NCBI GenBank assembly: GCA_958009085.1
Contig: OY253688.1
Location: 124,001-188,000 of the forward strand
Direction of reading: 5' to 3'
DNA from: Protoeuglena noctilucae
Lineage: Eukaryota
Length of the DNA stretch: 64,000 nucleotides
The notes below the pieces were generated by a model. That model ran no database searches and was not told the origin of the DNA. It was given only the letters and a program-made list of their open reading frames with translations. The translations under genes were made by a program, and so were the position numbers. Below are positions 24,033-35,816 of this stretch, piece by piece (the stretch's first letter is position 1; each line of letters starts with the position of its first letter).

Positions 24033-25228
24033 TCAATTCGCAGGCCGAGCGGCGTGTGCGTCGAGGAAGGCGACCAGCCCATCTAGTCCACGCCCGGTCC
24101 TGGCCGAGACGGGGAGCACAGCAAGCTCCCGATCATTGACCTGCTCCAAGTGGAGCGCTTCCCGAAGTCCGGTTGCGTCAAACTCCTGCGTGGGGCCAGG
24201 CGGGCTGTGCTTAGGCAACGCCCATCACCGCCCATCCGGATGGGTGGCTAGGCGCCACAGCGCAGCACACACCAGGTCTCCCAGCGCGTCCACTTTGTTC
24301 GCCAAGACGGCCAGCGGGATGCCCCAACTGCTCTCGGCGGCCAGGAGCGACGTCAGCGCCCCCGCCGCCTCGTCCCACGTGTCCTCTGCCGCGGCGTCCA
24401 CCACGTACTGCGGACGCCGCAAGCCGATGAACCCTTCGCGTCGCAGACGCGCACGCAGCTTCCCCGCGTCGCGCAGGCGGCGCTGCGTCTCACGAGGACC
24501 ACCTTGACCCCCCCGGCGTAGCGGTGCCACATGGCCCGGAAACGCCTCTGGCCGCCGAGATCCCAGACTTTGACGACGAGCCCCGAGCGCTGGATCTTGC
24601 GGATCTGGAAGCCCACCGTGGGTATGGACGCGCCCGTGAAGGCCGTGCCCTCGAGCGCCCGCACGAGGGCCGTCTTGCCGCTGGCTTCGATGCCCACGAC
24701 GAGCACCTCCGTCTCACGGGGGAAGACTCGATCCCGAACCACTTGAGTGACCTCCCTGCGTCGCGAGGAGGCGACCGGCTCGCGTGAGAGGCGCGCGGCC
24801 CAGCTGCACGGTTGGGCCGCCCCTTCAGTTGCCCCGCCAGCACGCACCTCGCCCCCCGGGATCGCGCGCGCCACCACGGGGCAATCCAGGGACAGCATGA
24901 CGAAGACGAACACCAGGAAGAGCTTTCTGCGGACACGAAGGACCGAAGCAAGGCCGCGATTCCGTTATTTGACCTTGCGACAGCTGCGGCTGTCCAGGCC
25001 GCCGGACCGGCGAGGGAGCGTCACAGCAGGGCCGAGGGCTCGCTTCCACGTCCCCATCACAACAATCATATCACGATGCGCTCCCCTAGGTCGCTGGATT
25101 CGCTCCGAAACGGCTCCCTGCTCACCTTGCGCAAGGTCCTCGGCATCGAAGGCGTCGCTGGAGCCGCGTGAGCGGGTCGGCGGCCCACGAGGATCGTCCT
25201 CGTCCCTGACAATGAGCGGAGCCTCCAT
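24033..25228 (-). CDS. Arf-family small GTPase, Arl8-like, with N-terminal extension and hydrophobic segment
   Basis: G1 GIEASGKT, G2 IPTVGF, G3 WDLGGQRRFRAMW (Arl8 signature), G4 NKVD, G5 VSA. The upstream exon from ATG 25228 joins in frame via a GC-AG intron 25043-24927. ATG 24898 is an alternative start. Confidence 0.85.
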
Positions 25229-25705
25229 GGGGCACGACAAGGCGTCGATGATATTGCACGAGGCGGCCAGGGCAGGGCTCAGCGGCAGCCTCGGAGGACA
25301 CGGCGTCTATAGGGACCTGTTCCTACACACGTGAGTAGAAAGGGCACAAGCGCAGAGCTGACGGCGATGGCTATGCGCGGCGCGAGGGTCGTGGCCGTGT
25401 GCTGGGCGTGCTACGGCCACCCTGCGACACCCTATGACGAAACAGAAGCACGATGGGCCCCAGCTTATCCCCAAAGGGCGTCTATTGGGGCAAGCGGCGG
25501 AGAATGAAGGTGCGCACACAAACTCTTCTGGCGTAGCGACGATGGCGTCAGGGTCCCCGCCTGCGGCTGCAGGTCTTCGCTGAACGTGCACGTGGACTGG
25601 CACCTCCGCGTCTTGGGCACTGGTAGCTGCATCCAGGGACGGACTGGTGCCGGACCGCGGCCCCGGTAGGCTTGCGAGTGCGCTGGGGATCTAAACTCCT
25701 CGCGA

Positions 25706-28700
25706 TGGACTCCCCGCCGGGGCTCCCCAGCGGGAGCGATGAAGGGAGCGGAGACGCAAGAGATGGGCCCGCTGCGGCCCAGGGGCAGACTGCGAGCGAC
25801 AACCGTACGTCTTCCCACGAGATGGAGGGGCATGGCGACGCGGGAGCGGCAGATCACGGCCGGCCCGGTGCTGATTACCGTGACAAGACTCGCGAAGCTG
25901 ACATCGCCGGCCGCTCCGGGGAAATCGGCGAAGAGGAGGGCGATTCCCGAGGCGCGGATGCAAAGGCGGACGGGGAGACGCCGGGGTCCGCGCGCCCAGA
26001 GCTTGGGCGCGACGCAGAGGGGCGTGATGGTGGACATGATGACCGCCGCCACGTCGCCGGGGAGAGCGCGGCGCCCGACGTGGGTTCCGCGGAGAGCGGC
26101 GCGAGGAGTGCTGGGGACGGTCGCTCAGGGGACGGCTCTGGCGCGGCGCCGCTCCACGGCCGCGATGGTGGCGCTGAAGAAGAGGAATTAGAGCCCCGCT
26201 ACCAGGCGAGAGCGCGGGAGGCGGCCCCGCCGATCTGCGGTTGCGAGCGCGCTCCCTGCCCGGCCCAATCACAGGCTGCCTGCGGTGTTGCGCAGGTCGG
26301 AGAGGTGGAGCTGTACGAGCTGGCGAAGCACAAAGTCATTCGCGTCAAAGAGTTTGCTTTCCGGTGAGGCTCGGCCAGCTCAGCCAGGCAGTGGGGGACA
26401 CGACTCGCACCGTGCGCCTGTCGGCCACTGGCACCCTGCATGCTCCAGCTCGCCGTCTCTGCCACTAGCACCCTGCATGTGCTGCTCTCTCTCCTCACTT
26501 CATCGCCCGGGCGCCTTCTCTGCAGGGGCCTCAAGCACACAAACGCGGACTTTCTGCGCCGGGAGCTGGCATTCCTGGCGGATGCCCAGTCCTTGCATGA
26601 ACTGTCCAAGTCTTGCATGGTTCTGGAGGAGATGTTGAAGGGCCTCGGGATCTTCAAGAGCTGGCGATTCGTCCTGGACGTGGCAGAGGCGAGTGGCAGA
26701 GGGGAAGATGAACGGACGCGTTGGTTAGTGGGGTGGGCTGGGGCGCATCTGTGCATGGCAGCCGTGGTGTGGTGACAGATGCAGGCGTAGCAGACGCAGG
26801 GAAGCTCTGCGCTGAGGTCGGGGGACATGGATGCACCACATGCACCACTGCGTGGATTGGCGTGTCCTTGCATGCAATCACGGGCTCGGTCGTGCCCGCA
26901 GCCGGGGACGTTTGACGAGGAGGGCCGGTGCCCCGCCCGCGTGGAGATGCGCGTGCAGGAGAGCAGGCGGCTGGGCGCGTCAGTCAGCACGGACTACAGC
27001 GTCGCCCAGCGGGGGCTCTCCGCAACGGGTGCGTCACGCTGTTATGGAGACCGACAGCCACAGGCAGAGCGCTGTTGTCTGCGCAATGCGGCTGTTCTCA
27101 GGGTGCTGCCAAGGACCCACTCACGCGACGGTGCTGGGCCCCACGATGCCGATCGGCTGCCGTGACACGCCCGTGTTGCCTTGCCGCGCAGTCCGTGCGT
27201 CCTTGCGCAACGCCCTGGGCCACGCCGAGATCTTCCGGGCCTCCTTTGAGCATGGCAAGGACAGCTGGGAGGCTCTTGCGCAGTACTCAGGTGACCATGG
27301 GCCCGCGCAGCGAGAGGGCGGTCTCACTGCATCACACCCACCAGTCCCTGTTGTGTACGAGGGTGTGGGTGCATCTGTGTTGCCCTGCTTTATGCCAGTC
27401 TCAATGAATCGATTCCTACACGAGAATCCCTATTGCTTGAGTGGGTGCTTCTGAGATGCCTTACCCTCTGCCAGCCTCTATCTGGTCAACCCTCGCCGTC
27501 GCACGCACGCAGACCCGCGCTTCCTGCGCCGGTACCTGACGCTGGACTGCAAGGGTTACTTCGCGCGGCAGTCCTTCGAGCAATCTTCCTCGTTCCGATC
27601 CGATGTCTCGGGAATCTCTGTGGGAGTGGAGTCCCCCGTGTGGGGCACCGTGGGTCTGCACGTGGCCATGGCACAGCTGACCGACCCCTCGCGGCAAGCC
27701 TCCCGCAAAGTCGTGCAGCAGGTGGGGGGTGTGGAGATGCTGCGGCCCCGGCGCTGGCGGCAGCGATGCCCATGGTACGAGCGGCTGTCATGGGACCCTC
27801 GCTTTGTCGGCGCGACCTGCTTTGGCGTGAGACGGCGTCACCCTGTGCATTTAACCCAAACGCTCCGCTTCTGTTCGACGCAGCTGGGCGACCACGCCAA
27901 GGTGGCCCTGTCGTACATCTGGAGCCGCAAGTCCGCGCCGACTCCGAAGGGAAGGGAGAGCGTGGGGTCTTGGACGGCCAAGACCGCCACGGAGGTGTCG
28001 GGGCTGCCGTTCGTGGGGGGCGTGCTGCAGTACGTGCGACAGACGGCCGAGGGCACCGTGAGCCTCACTCCGTGGGGGCCGCACGGCGTGGCATTCACCG
28101 GGGGGGTCAAGGCGGGGGTGCTGCTGCCGTACGGGTCCGCCTGGGGCAAGCCGTCGTGCATCACAGGTGAGGGGCGGTGGTTACATCCTCGGGAGGGACA
28201 AGCCACTTGCGTATTCCATGACATAACCAACCTTTTACTTCCGCTCGGCTGTTGCATCCAGCCAGACGATGTGCGATGCCTACCTGCCTTGCCATCCCAC
28301 GCCCTGGTGCTGTCCGCGCATGTCGGAGGTAGTCCATTGGCAGTGCAAGCACTCTCAGCTTCCGCTGCATCCCATGCGCTGACACCCTCCGCTCTCGTTG
28401 CCGCTCCAGAGCGCATGTTCCTGGGAGGTACCAGGACCATCCGGGGCTTTGACACGGGCGGTGCAGGGCCCACGGACGCGAGGCGGGCGTCGGGTGCGCA
28501 GGCCAAGACCAGCTCCTGGTGGCCCCAGTCCTCGAGGACGGCCGACAGCGTGGGGGCTGACCTGGCGTGGTGCGCGCGGCTGGCGGCGCTCTTCCCGCTC
28601 CGGACAAGTGAGGCCGGCCGGCCGGGACGTGTAGTGGCGATGCATGGCGAAGTGAAAATGCATGCGAGCTACGATGCAAGCGAGTGTCAGCATGTGTCAT

Positions 28701-29090
28701 TTATTTCCCTATCATATGCCCCCTGCATGCTACTCCTGCTACTCCCCGCCCTACTTACCCCACGGACGCCAGACTTCCTGTGCCCCATCCGCAGCCGCAG
28801 CTGCAGCGGACCCCGAGTCCCACCCCACCCTCTACGCGCAAGCGTTCATGGACGTGGGCAGCTCGGTGCTCTGGCAGTCGGGCCAAGAGTCCGACGGGGC
28901 GGTGGACGTGCGGGGCACGCTGCAAGAGCTGGGGTCGTCGTGGCGGGCGAGCGCAGGGGTGGGCCTGGTGCTGAAGATGGGGGCTGGGAACATCGAGGCG
29001 AACATCTGCAAGGTCCTGCGGGCGGCCCGGGGCGACGTGGCCTCCTCCTACGTCCTCTCCCTGGGCCTCGCGGTCGAGGGGTTCGAGTGA
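25706..29090 (+). CDS. SAM50: Sam50/Omp85-family mitochondrial outer-membrane beta-barrel assembly protein with acidic N-terminal extension
   Basis: POTRA-like IRVKEFAFRGLKHTNADFLRREL...LKGLGIFKS, LRNALGHAE, ERMFLGGTRTIRGF (conserved RGF loop) and C-terminal RASAGVGLVLKMGAGNIEAN. Confidence 0.88.
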
Positions 29091-29414
29091 GCTGGGCTGG
29101 CACCAGCGGCGTCCTAGCGATCGGCTGGGTGTGCCAAGTAGAACGATGGCGTGTTGGGGGGTGATGGGCCAGCGATTGAATCGTGCAGTGGGCTGCAAGC
29201 CCCGGGTCTGACTGGAGCTGAGTGGAGTTCATTTGAGCGAACGGGACGCATCAGGCGATAAGAGCACTTGCCTGCTTGTGATGTGATAAAGCGCGCGCGA
29301 CGTGTCCCTAGTCCGGCAGCTCCCATCGACGTTGAGCAAGAGCGTTAGTTGTGCCTTCCTGCGGCGCAGTCCAGCCAAAGCCTTGTAAGCGTGGCAATTT
29401 CCTCACGTGCAGAC

Positions 29415-30743
29415 ATGCCCGCTGGCATTGCTCCGGTGGGTCGTGCCGCGGCGATGGCGCGCCGGCCTCGCCCAGATGCGCTGCCGTTTTTCACTGAATG
29501 GAGCTTAAGATCGGGATTGCCGACGCCCCCCGCAGTGGCCGCTTGCGAAAGAGGGACTTGTGACCTGTGCCTGGGGCCTGGCCCGCGTCTTTGCCGCCGC
29601 GGCAGAGGTGGCACGGACGACGAGCAACAAGCGTGTCGACATCACCTTGTTCGCAAGCCTCCTCAAGGTCAAGAACCTCAGCTGGCACCAAGTCGCACTG
29701 CTTCTGAGTCTCGGGGCGTTAGGCCCGTTTGTCTCGGGCATCGTCTTCCTCGCCTGCCTGCTCCCGCGGCGCGAGCGTCAGCAGACCCGGTGCGTCGTTT
29801 TTTACTGAGCCTCCCGCGCTGCCTGCAGCTCGCAGCTGCGCACCCCACCTAACACATCAATCGAACATTCAACGCAGTGCCCCCGCCAAGCTCCAGCCGG
29901 CCCCTGCTACCTCCTCGGCGTCGACCATGGGCCTCTGCGTCTCGAAGGAGGCGCCGGCGGCAACGGACACCGCAGCCACCAAGTACCGCCATGAGGGCGA
30001 CGACTACGCGCTCTTCTTCCCCGATCCGGCCATGCCTTGCAACCGATACCTCGCGGTGAGTGCTGCTGCTCGCCATGGTACCTACCATGGCACCCCTGTC
30101 ACTGCGGGGTCGCCAGGACCCCGATCTCGAGCTGGCCGATCTCAAGCTGGCCGATCTCAAGCTGCGGCCCCATCGCCGGTAGCGCAGGGCCAGGAGTGCC
30201 GCCGTTATGCGTCGGGGGCCTGCGAGTACGCCCACAAGGAGACGTCGCTCGTGCGGTTGCTGCGCCTCCTGAACGGTGCTCGCTCCACGCTCGACGTCTG
30301 CGTGTTCACGATCACGGCCAACGAGATCCGGGACGCCCTGCTCGACGCGCATCGCCGGGGCGTCAGGGTGCGCATCATCTCCGACGACGAGCAGATGTGG
30401 TCCCAGGGCAGCGACGTCAGGGACCTGATGCGTGCCGGGATCCCCACCAAGACGGACAGCAGCGAGTGCCACATGCACCACAAGGTGGCCATCATCGACG
30501 GGGCCAAGGTCCTCACGGGCAGCTTCAACTGGACGCGGCAGGCCGTGATTGGCAACCAGGAGAACATCTGCGTCATGCACTCGCCGGCTATCGTCGCGCA
30601 ATACCAGGTGACGCGCGCTTGCAGCCAGGACCAAGTGCGCGTCGCAGCTGCGCCGCCCGCGTCGCAAACTCGGCTCCCCTAACCCATCGCAGGCGGAGTT
30701 CGACAAGCTCTGGGCCGCCTTCAAGCTGGTCTCAAACAAGTGA
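29415..30743 (+). CDS. PLD6: Zucchini/MitoPLD (PLD6)-family phospholipase D/nuclease; alternative internal start at 29927
   Basis: Single HKD motif HMHHKVAIID...TGSFNWT...NQEN, LFFP followed by a C-C-C-H zinc-wing pattern, and LDVCVFTIT. Upstream exons 29415-29435 and 29536-29789 encode a TM helix and splice in frame. Confidence 0.9.
30120..30165 (+). repeat. Intronic 15-nt tandem repeat x3
   Basis: ccgatctc(g/a)agctg(g) repeated three times inside the PLD6 intron. Confidence 0.9.
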
Positions 30744-31088
30744 CGCATCCTGAGCCCGGCTGCGGGAAGATTGAAGAAAAAGCGTTTGCCCTGCGAGAAC
30801 GCCCGTGTCGCAGCGAGAACAGTCAGCGGAGAGGCCCGCGTGTTCCGCTCCTCGCTACGTTGCTGGATTTCAGAACCGCAGTCTCGTCGGGTGCCCTTCC
30901 TTTTGCCGCCTGCGTCCGTCCCGTTGGCCCTGGCCCGCTCGCGGCCTCTGTCGGGGCCCTCCGCCGGGAAGGTCATCGGTTCGGAAGTTTAAGGGACCCC
31001 CCGTCGCCTAAGGAGAGGGTTTGGGCGGGCAGGGCTGCCCCGCAGCACCACAGGGGCTGGGGGCCCGGGGAGAGGAGGGAGCCCAGGC

Positions 31089-34000
31089 ATGCCTCGCCCT
31101 CAACGCAAGGCCAAGGTCCGTGCCGTGCAGTCGCCTTGTAGAAAAGCGATGCAGTCGTTGGATGCGAGCTGCGGCTCATGGCAGCCATCCTGGCGCGTCG
31201 CGGGGCTCTGCACGACGCCCACCTGCCCGTCTCCCCTTCACCGTGCCCGCCACGCCCGGCGCGCAGATCGAGGCGCAGGCCAAGATCGCGCGAATAGAGA
31301 AGATCGAGAGGAAGGGCTGGGCGGAGACGGATGGCAAGAAGGATGACGAGACGCCCGCCACGGACACCAAGCCCCGGGCAGGTGCGGCGGGTCCTCTGCG
31401 CGGAACGGCGCAGCGATGGGGCGGGGTCGCGGTGCCTCCTTCGGCGACCCTTCACCATGATTGCTGTACGGGGCCCCGCCGCGACCTCTTGCGCGGCGCA
31501 GCGGCCGCGGCGTGCGTCAGGGTGCCTCCTCAGAGCAGCGACGCGCGGGGCCCAGCGGCAGTGGCGCGACTAGCGCTGCGCGTCGCCCCCGCAGCCGCGA
31601 AGAAGCGCAAGGCGGAGGACGAGGACGCAGGGGCGAAGCCGAAGCGACGAAAAGAGGAGCCGCAGAAGGGCGCGCAGGCTGCCAAGGCGGTGGCACCCGC
31701 AACGCCCCGGGTCAAGGCGAGTGCGCGGCGGGCAGCGACGCGATGGCGGTGCAGCGCATAGCGGATCTCATCCAGCGCGGCAGGGCTCGCATCTGCGGGG
31801 ATTGTGATTGTGGCTGCGCTCGCGCCCCCGCCATCGCACCCCCGTCAGTGCCCCCCGCCGCGCCAATGTGCCGCAGCCAGAGCCGGCGCAGGCAGCTGCG
31901 GACGACAAGCTGCCTCCCGTCCCGAGCCGCGTGCGCGTGGGCATGTCTCCGGAGTACCTGGTGCAGAAGCGTCTGGGCAAGGGCGGCTTCGGGCAGGTGT
32001 ACTTGGGGAAAAGGGCGACCCCCGCGAGGGGCAAGGCGGCCAGAGAAGGCAAGGCTTTGAACGAGGTGGCGCTCAAGTTCGAGCACAAGAACTCCAAGGG
32101 CTGCGTGCACGGCCCGCCTTACGAGTGGCAGGTCTACAAGGCGCTCAACACGTGCTACGGGTGCGTGGGCGTGTGCGTGGGGGTGGGCGGGGGCACTCTC
32201 AGCGGGGAGAGTGCTGAGAGTGCGAGGAGCGCGTTGTGCCGGTCCCACCCTCACTGCGCTCCTCCTCCCACATCACCTTGCTGCTCCTCCCACCCCACCG
32301 TCGATGCCCCTCCTGCAGTTTATGCCCCTCCCACCTCGCCCCCCTTGCAGGATCCCCAAGGTGCACAACTTCGGCCAGGTGGGCGACTTCTTCGTGATGG
32401 TGATGGACATCCTGGGCCCCTCCCTCTGGGACGTCTGGAACGAGAAGAACAACCGACTGTCCGAGTCGTTCGTCGCCAGCATCGCCATCGAGGCCATCGC
32501 CATCCTCGCGGGGCTGCACCAGTGAGTGCAGGGTGGTGGATGAGATGGGGTAGAGTGAAGGGGGATGCACCATGGGACCAACAGCACCCTTGCTCACCTT
32601 CGCGGCAAGGGCTACGTGCAGGGGAGTGCGAACAAGCCAGACATGGCATTTCTCTAATTACATCACCCTCGTTCGCCACCACGTTTGCAGAAAGGGCTAC
32701 GTGCACGGGGACGTGAAGCCGGAGAACTTCCTGGTGGGACCGACCAGCGAGGCGGGCAAGTCGCGGAAGCTGTACCTGGTGGACCTGGGCCTGGCCATGC
32801 GGTGGCGGCAGTACCAGAACAAGCACATCGAGTACGACCAGAGGCCGGACGACTTCCGTGGGACCATTCGGTATGCGTCGGTACACGCGCACCTGGGGCG
32901 CACCGCCAGCCGGAGGGACGATATGGAGAGCCTGGCCTACACGCTCATGTTCCTGCTCAAGGGGTCGCTGGTGAGGGCCTCACGCGATGGGGACATGCAC
33001 GAGCCAACATGCAGCTGTGCATACATGAGGCACAGATTGATGAGTGCGCACCCGCTCGCCAACCCGCCTGCCGCAAGCTGTCTGCCTGCCTTTCCACATC
33101 CACATCTTCCCGCTCATGTTCACAAATCTTTCATGCCACCCACCCTCTCGCACACCTCGCACCCCTCACACGCCACCGACCACCACGCCCACCCTGCTCC
33201 CCTATCACGTCCCCCACCCCCTCACCCTCCCTCCCCTCCTGCAGCCCTGGCAGGGCTACCAGGGCGAGCAGAAGGGTTTCTGGGTGTGCAAGAAGAAGAT
33301 GCAGACGTCGGCAGAGGCCCTGTGCCGCTACGCCAGTGCCCCTTTCTGCATGTTCACTGAGGCGGTGCTGGCGCTGAAGTTCGACGAGGAGCCGCGGTAC
33401 GCCGCCTACATCAACCTGCTCGCGCCCATCGCGCAGAGTGAGGGGCGGGGAGATGGGGAAGGGGGTGGGCCACTTGCACAGTCAGGAGTGGGTGCGGACA
33501 GTGGGCATGACTTGCACCTCCAAGGTCCTGTCTGCACCTCTCACACGCCCAACTGTCCATCATTCACCCTTACAACCCTCTTACTTCAAGTCACCTCAGT
33601 ATCCACTCCCCACCGTCCCCCTCTGTCCCTCTTTGCAGTGTCCGACGACCTGGACATCTCCGGCGCTTTGGCATTGGTGCAGGCGCAGCCGCAGCAGCCC
33701 CTCCACGACCCCGAGGGCCCCCGGAAGAAGACGCGGCTGGGGTGGCCGGCGCAGCAGTGGATCACGGTGTACAACAAGCAGAAGTGAGTGGGAGCAAGTG
33801 GGAATGGAACACGTATCTACACCCCTCGCCCTCCTGCCGCTCATCACTCAGCCCATTCATCCCCCACCTCACCCCGCCTTAACCCCTCTCTCTCCCCCCC
33901 CAGGCCCATGAAGCAGCGCTACCACTACAACGTGGCCTCGGACCGCCTCATGGTGCACGTGCAGAAGGGCTACGACGACGGTCTCTTCATCTCCACCGCC

Positions 34001-35816
34001 GCCTGCTGCACGGACCTCAAGGCGCCATGGGCCGTCATCATGGGTGAGGGGGATGGGGTAGCAGATAGCATGTTGTGCTGCGGGTGACCCATGGGGACCC
34101 ATGAGAGAGGGGAAGTGGAGAGCATGCCTGGTGCGTGCCGCGATGGCTGTTGCACACACCAACGCGCCATTGCAGCACACCCCACGACCGTCGCTTCGAA
34201 TCACCCACGTCTCACCCCTCGCTGCTCTCTCCCCATCCTCTCTCAGACGCGGGCACGGGATTCCACGAGCAGGTCTTCCAGCTGTCTCCCCGGGAGTTCC
34301 TCCCCAAGCAGTGGATCATGGCAAGATGGGAGGAGGGGTTCTACATCACGGGTGAGGAGACAGTTGGGTTGTTGCTGTTGATGGCGAGGCAGTTGATAGT
34401 GAGTGTGTGAGCAGTGGATCATGGCAAGATGGGCGGAGGGGTTTTACGTCACGGGTGAGAAGATGACGGTGGGAAAGGACTCGAGAGCTTCAACATTGTG
34501 CATGGCGCATGACGGGCGCATCCCATTCCATGTCGTCTCATGCACGACCATGTCATCTCATCTACCGCACGACTATCTTATTTCATCCCATGCATGGCCA
34601 TCCATCTCACCCCATGCATCACTCACCCCACCCCCACAGCCGTCGCCGGCATGGGCTCCCCCTTCGTGGCGGACCAGCCCCCCGGGGCGCTCGTGGTGAT
34701 GTCCAAGGGCACCTCCTACGCCCAGCAGTCGTACAAGATCAGCGAGAGCTTCCCCTACGAGTGGATCAAGCGCAAGTGGCGCGAGGGCTTCTTCATCACC
34801 AGCATGGGCACCTCCTCCTGCCAGAGGAGGGAGCCCGCGCACGACCGGGAGCCCAACTTCTGGTGAGGGGAGCAGAGGTGTTGTTGTTCAATCCCTTACA
34901 CTGGGATGGCATGCTGGTGCACGACCGGGAGCCCAACTTCTTGTGAGGGGAGCAGGGGTGTCGTTGCCCTCTCTTGTGTGTTTGCCCTCTCTTGTTTGTC
35001 CAATACACGACCGGGAGGCTCGTCTCTTGTGAGCCGAGTGTTGTTACTGGGCGGGAGCAGTCACGTCTTCAACTCTCTCCCCTCGCACAGCCCAAGCAAT
35101 GAACACGTCGTCATGCCCCTCTCCCCTCCCCGTCCCCCTCGCACTCCCCGGGCAATGGGCATGTCTTCACCCCCACCCTCTCATTCTCTCTCCCCTCCCC
35201 TCCCCCGCAGCACCACCTGGGCGGTGGTCATGTCCCATCTCCAAGCCCCTCTCCTCCCTCTCCCCCGCAGCACCACCTGGGCGGTGGTGATGTCCCGGTG
35301 CGCCGGCTTCGAGTCCCAGTGCGTGGAACTGGACTTCCAGTATCCCTCCGAGGGCATTCACCGGCGATGGGAGAACCACTACCGCATCACCGCATGCGCC
35401 GCCACGCCCGTGCAGGCCGCGTTCGTGCTCAGGTGAGACGAGTCTGTGAGACTGGGTGGTTAGGCAGCCCAACGCAGGGGTGGTTAGGCAGTTAAATGCA
35501 GGCCGCGTTCGTGCTCAGGTGAGACATGGGGTGGTGGTGGTGGTGGTAGGGCACCGCACACCTGCGCGGGTGTGGGTGTCCTTCCTATCCCACCACGCAT
35601 GCCCTACACCTGGGAGGTAGCATTGACGATACTAACTCAATACTTACTCGCACTCTCCACCACTGGCCCCTCCCCCGCAGCACCACCACCCGCCGCCCGG
35701 CCGACGAGACCCAGGAGACACTACGCACATCCGCTTTCCCGTCGCAACACATCAAGGAGAAGTGGACCAAGGACCTGTACGTCGCAGGCATCGCGTTCGG
35801 GCGCACCGTCTGCTGA
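31089..35816 (+). CDS. Plant-specific casein kinase 1-like kinase of the MUT9/MLK (PPK) family, about 13 exons
   Basis: [70 protein letters not shown], and the MLK C-terminal domain [46 protein letters not shown]-stop. Confidence 0.95.
34308..35525 (+). repeat. Four separate duplications of splice junctions in consecutive introns of the kinase gene
   Basis: 34308-34359/34411-34460 (donor); 34838-34882/34918-34962 (donor); 35196-35237/35256-35297 (acceptor); 35411-35439/35497-35525 (donor). Confidence 0.93.

Noticed and set aside
26296..26367. PC4/Sub1-like fragment (YELAKHKVIRVKEF)
   Set aside because: It splices into GLKHTNADFLRREL and forms the POTRA domain of SAM50.
5540..30743. A piRNA-like gene cluster (LOTUS-like repeats plus Zucchini plus MUT9-like kinase)
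   Set aside because: The LOTUS assignment is unverified and the genes are separated by unrelated housekeeping loci; proximity alone is not evidence.
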